Assembly (NCBI GenBank): GCA_030390025.1
Contig: CM059431.1
Span: forward strand, 101,806,001-101,870,000
Direction: 5' to 3'
DNA length: 64,000 bases
Source of the DNA: Squalus acanthias
Lineage: Eukaryota
Below, in pieces: positions 1 through 12,700 of the stretch (its first letter is position 1; each line of letters starts with the position of its first letter). The notes under the pieces are model-generated. The model was given only the letters and a program-made list of their open reading frames with translations, did not search any database and was not told where the DNA came from. A program made the position numbers and the translations under genes.

Positions 1-464
1 AAATACCCCGCAGTTGTCAGATTGATATAACTTGTAGATGCACCTTATGTACAAGGCAGAATTATGACCCACATCTTGCTGGACCAGTAACGCTGTGTTA
101 ACGACGCACGCTGTTATTAGTGTGCCAATTGGCCAGCGAGTTCAGGGGATGAGATACGCCGTGAGTTGCGAATCTCCAGCACTTGCTGCTCGATTTACGT
201 AGCTCCGCTGTTTACTTCGCACTAACGGCATCGCCGTTATTTTTAAGAACTTGCTGGATTTTCACTCATTCCTGCAGGTGGTAAATTGTTCTCAGAGATT
301 TAAAAAAAATTAATTTTTCATTTTTTTCTAACTTTTCTGACTTTTTTCTCTCTCTCTCAATCCAGTCTTTCATTCCCTCTCTTTATTTCTCTTTCTGTAC
401 CTGATTTGACACTAATTCACCCGATTTCCTTCTCCGTCGTTCCTCTGTTTCTTTCTCAATCCTC

Positions 465-625
465 TCAAGACCCTCCGACAGTGGAGCGCTCCCTCAGTAC
501 TGCCCCTCCGACAGTGCACTGAAGTATCGGTCTAAATTTTGTGCTGAAGTGTCTGGAGTGGGACTTGAACAAATAACCTTCTGACTCGGAGGCGAGGGTG
601 CTGCCCACTGAGCCACGGCTGACAC
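465..625 (-). mobile_element. Deu-domain SINE 5' fragment with about 1.5 copies of the 33-bp unit
   Basis: ccctccgacagtggagcgctccctcagtactgcccctccgacagtg followed by the tRNA head on the minus strand. Confidence 0.75.
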
Positions 626-732
626 TGTAAATCTGATTGCTGTGGTTTTTTCATGCAAGAATAGAAGCATTGCCGGATTTAGTTCCGGGAAATGAAGCGG
701 GACGAATAACTCGTAAAAATTAGGAGTCATAG

Positions 733-985
733 TCTCAGGATAAAAGGTCGGCCATTTGGGACTGAGGTGAGGAGGAATTTCTTCACTCAGAGGGTTGTGA
801 ATCTTTGGAATTCTCTGCCCCAGAGGGCTGTGGAGGCTGATTTTTGGACTCTAGGGGAATTGAGGGATATGGAGATCGGGTGGGAAATGGAGTTGAGGTC
901 GAAGATCAGCCATGATCTTACTGAATGGCGGAGCAGGCTCGAGGGGCCTTGTGGCCGACTCCTGCTCCTAATTCTTATGTTCTTA
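733..985 (+). mobile_element. CR1 3' end
   Basis: [17 protein letters not shown] and gatcagccatgatct...ggagcaggctcgagggg tail. Confidence 0.85.
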
Positions 986-1494
986 AAAATCGGGGAGGGA
1001 TTGGGAAAAATTAGCCACAGCATATTTAGGTTCAGTGTGAAAAAAGAAAAGGGTAATTCAGTTAAAGATAAAGCTGGTTAATTTTTTTTTAAAGGTGAAA
1101 TTCAATGTGATAAGAAAGGATTTGAATCAAATTAACTTGGCAGAACAGTTAGCAAAGGATGTGGGGAATCTTCAGATAGAGTACAAAATAGGTTTAGGGT
1201 TTTCAAAGAATAGAACCCCATTAATAAATAGAAAGATGGAAACTAAACGAGCTTAAACGGGAGGCAGATAACAAAACTGAGGGCTGATAATACCAGAGGA
1301 AATCGTGAGCATAGAAAATGGAGAGGGAAAGTGAAAACTGAGATGAGGGCTAAAGGATAATAGGAGAAAAAGGCTGGCAAGATTATACAGCAGGAAGTAG
1401 TTTGGGTTTATATAAGTATATAAAAAGAATAAGAGAGAGTTGGGGGGGAATCTCATGGAGGAGAATGAAGGTATGGTGGGGAGTTTTTTTTTAA

Positions 1495-1747
1495 ATTCGT
1501 TCCTGTGATGTGGGCGTCGCTGGGAAGGCCAGCGTTTATTGCCCATCCCTAGTTGCCCTTGAGAAGGTGGTGGTGAGCCGCCTTCTTGAACCGCTGCAGT
1601 CCGTGTGGTGAAGGTGCTCCCACAGTGCTGTTAGGGAGGGAGTTCCAGGATTTTGACCCAGCGACGATGAAGGAACGGCCGATATATTTCCAAGTCAGGA
1701 TGGCGTGTGAGTGATCTGGAGGTGGTGGTGTTCCCACGCACCTGCCT
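1495..1747 (-). mobile_element. 3' end of the 47088-48680 LINE family
   Basis: [36 protein letters not shown]. Confidence 0.88.
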
Positions 1748-2164
1748 GTATGTTAAATGAATAGTTGCCATCCGTTTTGGCAAATGATGGTGCAAGTGAG
1801 AAGGAGCGAGTTGTTGGAGCTCATAATGCTTGGTCACATTCCGCAGGGAACAGTTAAGGCAGAGACTTCTTGTATCTTCAGGGGAGAGCAGATAAACATT
1901 TGTAGCAGGGCGCTGGGGGTAAGTGGGATTAGATTCTGATTTCTCTGGCCAACCTCCGTCGTGGGCTGAATGTCCTTTTTCTGTGATGTAAATATCTAGG
2001 GACAAAGGATAGTCAGGACTCCTGCGTAAAAATGTTTTTGTTCTATACATATGGTTGTGATTTAGAATTAAAAACTTGGTTTGGGTACACGTTTCATGTG
2101 GCAGATAGTCACGCGATATCACTGCACGATAGATTACTCTGTGTTAAGGTTCATACTGTGTTAA

Positions 2165-2485
2165 GGGCAACACGGTGGCATAGTGGTTAGCACTGGTGCC
2201 GCACAGCGCCAGAGACCCGGGTTCGAATCTGGCCTCGGGTGACTGTCTGTGTGGAGTTTGCACATTCTCCCCGTGTCTGCGTGGGTTTCCTCCGGGTGCT
2301 CCGGTTTCCTCCCACAGTCCAAAAATGTGCGGGTTAGGTTGATTTGGCTATGATAAATTGACCCTTAGTGTTAGGGGGGGATTAAATATGTGGGGTTACA
2401 GGGATAGGATGGGATATGTTCGGGGGAATTAAATACGTGGGGTTACGGGGATAGGGTGGGATATGTGTCGGTGCAGGCTCGATGG
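2165..2485 (+). mobile_element. HE1-like V-SINE (tRNA-derived)
   Basis: A box tggcatagtgg, B box ggttcgaatct, V-domain tctgtgtggagtttgcacattctccccgtgtctgcgtgggtttcctccgggtgctccggtttcctcccaca. Confidence 0.85.
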
Positions 2486-2694
2486 GGATTCTGTGTGAGA
2501 AAGCAGGGACAGGGTACTGGATTTGGATGATCAGCCATGATCGTATTGAATGGTGGAGCAGGCTCGACGGGCCGAATGGCCTACTCCTGCTCCTAGTTTC
2601 TATGTTTCTATGTTTACTGTACCTTTATTATTCAGTATTCTCGCACACAGGACAATTGTTTACCCTAAATATAAATAATGTGCTCGGTATTAAT

Positions 2695-3356
2695 GGGCCG
2701 GCGGGCGAATGCCTCCAAGCCGCAGTAAAACTCCGCACCTACCCGAGGTCCCGGAGGTTCAAAGACTCGCGCTCCCGGGCCTCCACGTGTACGCCTGCGC
2801 AAAGACCCATGGATCCCGGGGCGCCCGCGGTTCGCAAGCGTCCCTGGGATCACGCGGGAACGGCCCCACCAATCACAAAAGGGGGATCCCCATTGTGCTT
2901 GTGGGGATTCCATTTACGCACGGAATCCCTGGTGAGCATGAATAGGAATCCCCTAAAAACACAATTACACACCAGTTCAACAAAAATAAATCATGACATG
3001 TTCGAAATTAATTAAAATACAATTACATTTAAATGTTTTAAAGGGGCTAAAAATAACCTATAACTAATTTTAAAGTTTTTTTCATGTTTAAATAATTATT
3101 TTTTTTTAATTATTTTAATATTTATTTAAACTCTTACGCTGGTAAAAGAAGGCCCTGCACCAGGCAAAAGAGTTTCACGGGCATTCGGTGGGCAAATAGC
3201 CGCGACTTCCCGCCGGTGACTGTCCATTTCCCGGGGATGCGGACGATGTGTCGAGCCCAAACTTGACAGATCGCAAGTTCCGGGTTTTCTCGCACACGGA
3301 CACCCAGGACTTACGGGGCCCTGTCCATGGTCCTACGCCACGGAAAATCCGGGCCT
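2695..3356. mobile_element. GC-rich-ended, AT-rich-centred MITE-like element
   Basis: gggcc...ggaaaatccgggcc ends; same architecture as 44434-45176; left TIR degraded. Confidence 0.45.
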
Positions 3357-3666
3357 ATATATATATTAATTAAAAACCATTAACGAACCATAGCAAGGTT
3401 GCAGTTCTGTGAAAGGTTAATGTATTGAATTAAAATGTCGTTCAGATAATCAAGCGCCACCCTGTTAAAGTGGGTTGGGCTCATCGTATTGCATATTGGC
3501 AGCATTTATAATACTCAACATACACAAGCTGGGGTAAGAATTTGTGCTCTTACTATTTTCCGATCGGACTTTTATTTTTACAAGCCAAAAGGAATGTGGG
3601 TCCCTGTAAAGACTGTGTGCTGGTGACGAGAAACTTGTAATGAAATGACCTTGTCTCTGTTTCCAG

Positions 3667-3710
3667 TGTAAGAAAGCTATCCAGTGTACTTGGAATTTCT
3701 GTCGACAATG
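3667..3710 (+). CDS. DOCK9: DOCK9-like exon, 44 nt ([14 protein letters not shown]), probably alternative
   Basis: tttccag|TGTAAG...AATG|gtaaga; phase 2 to 1, joins the next exon in frame; resembles recalled DOCK9 isoform segment [15 protein letters not shown]. Confidence 0.8.
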
Positions 3711-6700
3711 GTAAGACACACAGCAAGGTTACATCGTTGGTTGTTTGTTGCTACGCTTCTGATCCCTGTTGGACAGAGGTTCCCAAACGTTTTGTTTTTG
3801 CTGTTGCTCCATTTGGAGGTTCGTGTCCCGTGTGCGCGCGCTCGCTCGCTCGTGACCTCTCTTTCTCAGAAACAGTATTTGTGCGTAATTAATGTTGGTG
3901 GGGGTATATAGCTGGTAGCCCTGAATGCTTCAGCTGTCGTATCACCTTTAGCCGGTTGAATTCTGCTCCCTTTAACACTTGTTTTGAGTCTTAACCCGAT
4001 GTCCAGTCGAACTCCCTGACTGGGGAATTCTTCGGATCTGCTCCCGTGCTTTGCTGGTTGTTACTTTGCCGAAACTGCTGCGGGGAACCCCCCACCCCCA
4101 CCCAATTAATGTCAGGACCACCGGGGGTTTCCGCTAAACCGCTGGCGAGGTAACGCCAGTGAATTGGGCTTATACTTGCTGGAGTTTAGAAGAATGAGAG
4201 GGGATCTCATTGAAACTTATAAAATTCTAACAGGACTAGACAGACTAGATGCAGGAAGGATGTTCCCGATGGCCGGGGAGTCCAGAACCAGGGGTCACAG
4301 TCTAAGGATAAGTGGTAAGCCATTTAGGACTGAGATGAGGAGGAATTTCTTCACCCAGAGAGTGGTGAACCTGTGGAATTCTCTACCACAGAAGGCAGTT
4401 GAGGCCAATTCATTAAATATATTCAAGAAGGAGTTAGATATATTTCTTAAGGCTAAAGGGATATGGAGAGAAAGCAGGGACAGGGTACTGAATTTGGATG
4501 ATCAGCCATGATCGCATTGAATGGCGGAGCAGGCTCGAGGGACCGAATGGCCTACTCCTGCTCCTATCTTCTATGTTTCTATGAAGCGGGAAGGAGATCG
4601 GAGGAATTTCCCGACTGCCATGGCGGTGTGAGCGACTTGACTGAAAGGCAAACCGCAGTGTTCTCTCCTCCTCTCTCTGCGGCTAAGGAGTCTGAGCCCA
4701 GGGGTGGGCAGCTCTCTGCAGACGGAGCTGGAATGGGTCTGTGGGTGGGTTGTCTGGGCGGTTGGGACAAGGAGCAATGAGTCGTCGGGTTGCTTCGGAG
4801 GAGGTAAAAATATAAGTTTAATTCTTTTGCGTCCAAACATCAAGGACCCGGGAAAGAAAGAGCTTGGATTTATATCGCGCCTTTCACAACCTTGAGTCAG
4901 GACATCCCAAAGCGCTTGACAGTCAATGACGGACTTTTTGAAGTGTAGTCAACGTTGCAATGGGTGCGAAAGCCATTATTCATTTCTAACCAGCAGCAAC
5001 AGGAAATCCAAGCAGGGCAAAATAAACTTTCCAGAAAAGTGCAGTGCACTGAGCGACAAAGTAACTTTCGAGGCCACGGCAAGTTTAACAGGAGCGCGAT
5101 TCATCTACTCCCTGTAAACACCGCAGGGGGTCCAAGGTCTCGTTTGGAACCCAGGGCTGATCAGCACTTCCAGTTCCGCTGTGCAGAGGTACAGACCAGA
5201 GGGTCAACAAGTGGGTTTTTTTTTTGTTAGCTGAAAGAAACTGCTAAGTATTGAAAATGCCTGTAAGCTGGAACCGCCTGCAAGGGGTGGGCTTGTCTCT
5301 AGGTTTTGCAGATTTGGGGGAATCGGCCTGAGAGAGTTGAGGAGAGGGACAAGGCGCCACCAGCGGAGAGAATACACGTTAACGGGATTACCCGTCGCTG
5401 AGTTGCAGCGAGCGCACGCTTTGCGCCCCCCCCCCCCCCCCCAACAATCATGTCGCGCCTCCGAGTTTGATGACCTCTGATCTGGATTGTTTCATGCAAA
5501 CATCAACCGGCATCTCTTTGTTACAATATGCATGTTCAGAGACCAGAGGAGTCCTTGAAGAGACTATTTCTTTCAAGGGATGTTTAAATTTCAGGTACAT
5601 TTATTTACATTTTTTTTGTGTAATGATTTAATTCTACAAGTGGCGGGGGGGGGGGGGGGGGGGGGTTTAGAGTGAATGTTTTACACTGGAAAAGATCAAA
5701 TCAGAAAGAATGCTCATTATGTTCCACTTAAACGCCCTGATCTTTTTATTTGCTTCCCAAGACCGTGAATCATGATGATTGCACGCATACAGGGTCACCC
5801 GCCAGTGCCTTGCTTAAGCGGCTGTCACACATCAGCCCTCACAGTAAGGGGTGTGGTGCTATTCGAACATAAAGCCTGATTCCCTCTACACCGAACATGT
5901 ACATGTGAAATTTAAGATAATGGTGTTTAAGATGATCAAAGGAGTTGATAGGGTAGCTAGAGAGAAACTATTTCCTCTCGGGGTGGGAGGGGGGGGCAGT
6001 CCAGAACAAGGGGGCATCACCTTATGATCACCAGATCACACTATCATTTAGCAAAGGTGCTCTCCACATCACAGGCGACACGAGGTCCATTAATGGAAGT
6101 GAACAGTGACGCTGGACCCGAGGGAATATTCATTGTTGACCTGTCAATTTGTAATGGTGCCCATAGATACCTCTCCTTCCCATTTTAGGCAATTCTGGGG
6201 AACATGAAGTATGGTATGCAGCACAATTCACGTAAGGATAGTGTGGCTTTAACATTATATTTATTGCTGTTAGTCGCAGTACTGACATTCCAGTGTGGGA
6301 CAGGATGGAAAACAAGTCTTCACATTTGGCAGAATATTTGATCATTGTGTTGAGTGGAATTTGTAAATTTTGCTTTCCATACACAACTAGCACACTTCCA
6401 TAACCTTAAAATTAGAGCCAGGCCGTTCAGGGGTGATGTCAGGAAGCACTTCTTCACACAAAGGCTGGTGGAAATCTGGAACTCTCTCCCCAGAAAAAGC
6501 TGTGGAGCATAAACACCGGCACGGACCAGTTGGGCCGAATGGCCTGTTTCCGTGCTGTAGACGCGATGTATTCTCTGCGTCAGAGGACGGTATCTCTCCA
6601 CTGCGTGCTCGGATTTAGGATAGAAAGTGAAGCTCAGTCACAATAGCATGTTTGTACAGACTGCGCACGCCAAGTGAAGCAGCATCTTATTTGGCGTTAA

Positions 6701-9700
6701 CACCTGGTTGCTTCATTTTACGGTACAACACCTCTCTATATTTGTAAGTTGCATTTTAATTGGGCCTGCGGTATTCAATGGTGTCAGACGTGGTAACGAC
6801 GGTCTTGCTATCTTTAATTAGGCTACAGCCATTCTGACGCTGATGTTCTTCATCAGTCCCTCGTCGAGGCCAACATTGCGACAGAAGTATGTCTCACTGT
6901 TCTGGATATGATGGGTTTATTCACACACGTTTTCAAGGTACTGTATGATCATTCAGATGTGGCGGATGTCGATTTGTCCGTTTTTGAAATGGGTCTTTGT
7001 AACTTTCCAATGTGCCCTTCTCCCAGCGCAGGGGGATACAAAAACCCATCTACTGATCCTTACACTTACTCTTAACACACGGAGTTACCCAGAGCCTGCA
7101 GCTCAGAAACAGGCCATTCGTCGGCCCAGCGGGTCTAAGCTGGTCCTTCCCGTGCCAGCGCAGGAGATGCAACACCTGCCCGTTTACCTCCCCCCTTCCC
7201 ACTGTCCAGGGCCCCAAACACTCCTACCAGGTGAAACAGCGATTTACTTGTACATCTTGCAATTTAGCATACTGTATTCGCTGCTCACCATGCTGTCGCC
7301 TCTACATTGGGGAGACCAAACGCCGTTTGTGTGACCGCTTTGCAGAACACCTCCGTTCAGTCCGTAAGGGGGACCCCGAGCTTCCGGTCGCCTGTCACTT
7401 TAATTCTCTGCTCCACTCCCACTCTGACCTCTCCGTCCTCGGCCTCTTACATTGTTCTACCGAAGCTCAACTTAAGCTCGAGGAACAGTTACTCATCTTT
7501 CGATGAGGCACTTTACAGCCTTCTGGACTCAACATTGAGTTCAACAATTTCGGACCGTAACCTCTGCCCCTATTTTTTCAGACAGCAGCTGTTGATGATT
7601 CTGCCATTCCCTTTTGTCATTTAACCACTCCTGCCTTCCACCCTTTCACAGACCCTCCCTTTTGTTCTTTCCTCCCTTTCCCTGCCCCTGGTTAAAAACT
7701 GTTACATCCCGAACTTTTTCCAGTTCTGACGAAGGGTCACAGACCTGAAACGTTGACTCAGTTTCTCTCTCCACGGATGCTGCCTAACCTGCCAAGTGTT
7801 TTCAACATTTTCTGTTTTTGTTTCGGATTCCAGCATCCGCAGTATTTTGCTATTGTGCTGGTCCGTGCCGGTGTTTCTGCTCCACATGAGCCTCCTCCCA
7901 CTCCTCTTCATCTCACCCTATCAGCATATCCTTCTATTCCTTTCTCCCTCCTGTGCTTTTTCAGCTTCCCCTCTGTTAACTTCACGTTCTGAATACAGAA
8001 ATGCCCCTTGTGCCAAGGTAAATTTAATTCTTGATTTGAAGGAAAACTTGTCTTCAATGCCAATTTACATTTTTTTTAAAAACACGTCAGTGTTACGGGA
8101 TTTTAAAAGAATTAGCGTGAGAACTAGAAATCTGAAATGGAAAAAATTGAAATGCACAGCTCGAACTCAGCTGAAAATTCTTTTTGTTTGAGATGCTGAC
8201 TATTCCGTGCATCCCAACACATTATTTTATTTTTTTTTACTTCCCATCTGCTGTTAACATTAAAAATTGCAGCGTACTAGTGGAGCAGAAATAAAAAAGC
8301 ACAGTGCAGGTGTGGCCACCATTTCAAGCAAATGTAGAATAGGACTGGAGAACTACAACTCGTGGGGATGTGCTTTGATTCGATCCAAATGGATAAAGAG
8401 GGAGGGCAGTGTGGCTGGATTGCAGGAGATCCACAAGAAAGTCTTGCATTTCTATAGCGCCTTTCACGACCACCGGACGTCCCAAAGCGCTTTACAGCCA
8501 ATGAAGTATTTTTTTGAAGTGCGGTCACTGTTGTAACGTAGGAAACGCGGCAGCCAATTTGCGCACAGCAAGCTCCCACACACAGCAATGTGATAATAAA
8601 CAGATCATCTGTTTTTTTAGTGATGTTGGTTGAGAGATAAATATTGGCCCAGAACACCGGGGAGAACTCCCCAGCTCTCAATTCAGAATCGTGCGGTGGG
8701 ATATTTTGCATCCACCTGAGAGCAGATGGGGCCTCGGTTTAACGTCTCATCCGAAAGACGACACCGCCGACAGTGCGGCGCTCCCTGGTACTGCCCCTCC
8801 GACAGTGCGGCGCTCCCTCAGTACTGCCCCTCTGACAGTGCGGCGCTCCCTCACTACTGCCCCTCCGACAGCGCGGCGCTCCCTCAGTACTGCCCCTCCG
8901 ACAGCGCGGCGCTCCCTCAGTACTGCCCCTCCGACAGTGCGTACCTCCCTGGTACTGCCCCTCCGACAGTGCGGCGCTCCCTCAGTACTGCCTCTCCGAT
9001 AGTGCGTAGCTCCCTGGTACTGCCCCTCCGACAGTGCGGCGCTCCCTCAGTACTGCCCCTCCGACAGTGCGGAGCTCCCTCAGTACTGCCCCTCCGACAG
9101 TGCGGAGCTCCCTCAGTACTGCCCCTCCGACAGTGCGGAGCTCCCTCAGTACTCCCCCTCCGATAGTGCGTAGCTCCCTCTGTACTGCCCCTCCGACAGT
9201 GCGGAGCTCCCTCAGTACTGCCCCTCCGACAGTGCGGAGCTCCCTCAGTACTGCCCCTCCGACAGTGCGGAGCTCCCTCAGTACTGCCCCTCCGACAGTG
9301 CGGAGCTCCCTCAGTACTGCCCCTCCGACAGTGCGGCGCTCCCTCAGTACTGCCCCTCCGACAGTGCGGCGCTCCCTCAGTACTGCTCCTCCGACAGTGT
9401 GGCGCTCCCTCAGTACTGCCCCTCCGACAGTGCGGAGCTCCCTCAGTACTGCCCCTCCGACAGTGCGGAGCTCCCTCAGTACTGCCCCTCCGACAGTGCG
9501 GCGCTCCCTCAGTACTGCCCCTCCGACAGTGCAGCACTCCATCAATACTGCCCCTCCGACAGCGCGGCGCTCCCTCAGTACTGCCCCTCCGACAGTGCGG
9601 AGCTCCCTCAGTACTCCCCCTCCGATAGTGCGTAGCTCCCTCTGTACTGCCCCTCCGACAGTGCGGAGCTCCCTCAGTACTGCCCCTCCGACAGTGCGGA

Positions 9701-12700
9701 GCTCCCTCAGTACTGCCCCTCCGACAGTGTGGCGCTCCCTCAGTACTGCCCCTCCGACAGTGCGGAGCTCCCTCAGTACTGCCCCTCCGACAGTGTGGCG
9801 CTCCCTCAGTACTGCCCCTCCGACAGTGCGGAGCTCCCTCAGTACTCCCCCTCCGATAGTGCGTAGCTCCCTCTGTACTGCCCCTCCGACAGTGCGGAGC
9901 TCCCTCTGTACTGCCCCTCCGACAGTGCGGAGCTCCCTCAGTACTGCCCCTCCGACAGTGCAGCGCTCCCTCAGTACCGCCCCTCCGACAGTGCAGTGCT
10001 CCCTCAGTACTGCCCCTCCGACAGCACGGCGCTCCCTCAGTACTGCCCCTCCACAGTGCAGCGGAGCTCCCTCAGTACTGCACTGGAGTGTCAGGCTTAG
10101 ATTTTGTGTTGAAGTCTCTGGTGTTTTTTTTATTCATTCACTGGCAAGGCCAGCATTTATTGCCCATCCCTAATTGCCCTCGAGAAGGTGGCGGTGGTGA
10201 GCCGCCTTGACAACTGAGTGGCTTGCTAGGCCATTTCAGAGGGCAGTTAAGAATCAACCACATTGCTGTGGGTCTGGAGTCACATATCGGCCAGACCGGG
10301 GTAAGGGCGGCAGATTTCCTTCCCTAAAGGACATTAGTGAACCAGATGGGTTTTTACAACAATCCGGTAGTTTCATGGTCACCATTACTGACACTAGCTT
10401 TTTATTCCAGATTTATTTAATTAACTGAATTTAATTTACAGTCAATCTATCTCTACATACATAATTAAGCCTCTGTGTATCTTGTGTCGTGCCTTAAATG
10501 TGTGCATCGTATCGAGGTGGTCACATTCTAAATAAAATCAGGGCGCACCATCACAGTGTCAGGCAAGAAAGGATTGTCTGCCCATCTCGCCCACCTATCC
10601 AAAGTATTCCCATGGAGCATTTCTAATAATTACGTACTTTCCTGGTGATTGATGGAATTTTGTTGGGCAATGTTATTCACCATTACGGAACCAAGGCGGG
10701 TAGATGGAGCTAAGATACAGATCAGCCATGATCTAACTGAATGGTGGAACAGGCTCGAGGGGCTGAATGGCCTCCTCCTGTTCCTGTGTTACTAATAACC
10801 AGGAATCCCATTTGTTGACACAGAACCTATTTCCTTCTTGAAACCCAGTGCGGATTCTTGTTCCACCACCCAAGCCGGTATTTCTTTATCACAAACTAAC
10901 CACCCTTTTAGTTTAAAAAATAACAGTTCCTGCTCCATTTCCTATTTTCATTTGGTGTCCTTAATTTGTAAATATGACCCCTTGTGCTTAAATTCTGTTC
11001 AGGGCAGAAAAGTTGACTTGGATCCAATTTGTTCAAACCTTTGAGAAAAGGCCCAAGGTCGTCAATCTTTCCTCCCACATCATTCCGTGAAGTTCTGCAA
11101 TCAACTGTGTAGCTTTTCTCTGTACCCCCTCCAACAACTGAATATCCTTCTCTGAACACCCTCCAACAACTGAATATCCTTCTCTGTACCCCCTCCAACA
11201 ACTGAATATCCTTCTCTGTACCCCCTCCAACAACTGAATATCCTTCTCTGTACCCCCTCCAACAACTGAATATCCTTCTCTGTACCCCTCCAACAACTGA
11301 ATATCCTTCTCTATTCCCCCTCCAACAACTGAATATCCTTCTCTGTACTCCCTCCAACAACTGAATATCCTTCTCTATTCCCCCTCCAACAACTGAATAT
11401 CCTTCTCTGAACACCCTCCAACAACTGAATATCCTTCTCTGTACCCCCTCCAACAACTGAATATCCTTCTCTGTACCCCCTCCAACAACTGAATATCCTT
11501 CTCTGTACCCCCTCCAACAACTGAATATCCTTCTCTGTACCCCCTCCAACAACTGAATATCCTTCTCTGTACCCCCTCCAATAACTGAATATCCTTCTCT
11601 GTACCCCCTCCAACAACTGAATATCCTTCTCTGTACCCCCTCCAACAACTGAATATCCTTCTCTGTACCCCCTCCAACAACTGAATATCCTTCTCTGTAC
11701 CCCCTCCAATACCTGAATATCCTTCTCTATACCCCTCCAACAACTGAATATCCTTCTCTGTACCCCCTCCAACAACTGAATATCCTGCTCTGTACCCTCT
11801 CCAATAAGTGACTATCCTTTTTTGAATTGGGGGGACCAAAACTCCACACAGTACTCCAGATGTATTTATGTTAAATTTACTTTCCATTCCAGCATGAATT
11901 ATTCATAGAATCATACCGCTCCGAAGGAGACCATTCGGCCCATCGTGCCTGTGCCGGCTCTTTGAAAGAGCTCTCCAATTAACCCCACTCCCCCCTACTC
12001 TTTCCCCAGAGCCTTGCAAATTTCACCTTTTCAAGTATTTATCCAATTCCCCTTTTGAAAGTTACTATTGAATCTGCTTCCACCGCCCTTTCAGGCAGCG
12101 CATTCCAGATCACAACAACTCACTGCGTTAAAAACATTCTCCTCATTTCCCCTCTGGTTCTTTTGCCAATCACCTTAAATCTGTGTCCTCTGGTTACTGA
12201 CCCTCTTTCCACTGGAAACACTTTCTCCTTATTCATGCTGTCAGAAACCCTTCATACTCTGTTCTTTATTCAAAATGCTTAGGAATGCAATCCCAGTCAC
12301 TTGATCTATTCTCGAGGAGTGGTTGAGGCCAAAATCATAGATGCATTTAAGGGGAAGCTAGATAAACACATGAGGGGGAAAGGAATAGAAGGCTATGCTG
12401 ATAGGGTGGGATGAAGAGGGGTGGGAGGAGGCTCGTGTGGAGCATAAACACCGGCATCGACCAGATGGACCGAATGGCCTGTTTCCGTGCTGTAAATACC
12501 TTCTAATACTTTGATGTTTTGCCCTACCAGGGCCATTCTCGCAGCAGCTGATCGGCTAACGTGAAGTTGACGCATTCATTTGATCTGCTTTCCTCTCTAG
12601 GGCCAGCTGCTTGCCGACCACGGGCACAACCCGCTGATGAAGAAGGTTTTCGACGTTCTCCTCTGCTTTGTACAAATCAACCAGTCGGAAACCGCGCTGA

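Noticed and set aside
2165..2240. tRNA gene
   Set aside because: A/B boxes belong to SINE heads (also near 20045 and 43740) and run directly into SINE bodies; no complete cloverleaf.
5767..5882. C/D box snoRNA candidate (ATGATGA...CTGA with gaa/ttc stem)
   Set aside because: Only a 3-bp terminal stem, no recognisable rRNA/snRNA guide, and the interior looks like a decayed repeat; would need snoscan and conservation support.
8767..10080. 33-bp arrays as a CRISPR array or as repetitive proteins ([11 protein letters not shown], up to 414 aa)
   Set aside because: Head-to-tail units with no unique spacers and no cas genes, in a eukaryotic intron. The unit is 33 nt and derived from a SINE, so open frames on both strands are artefacts.
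10908..11887. Repetitive minus-strand ORFs
   Set aside because: Produced by the 32-bp CR1-derived minisatellite.
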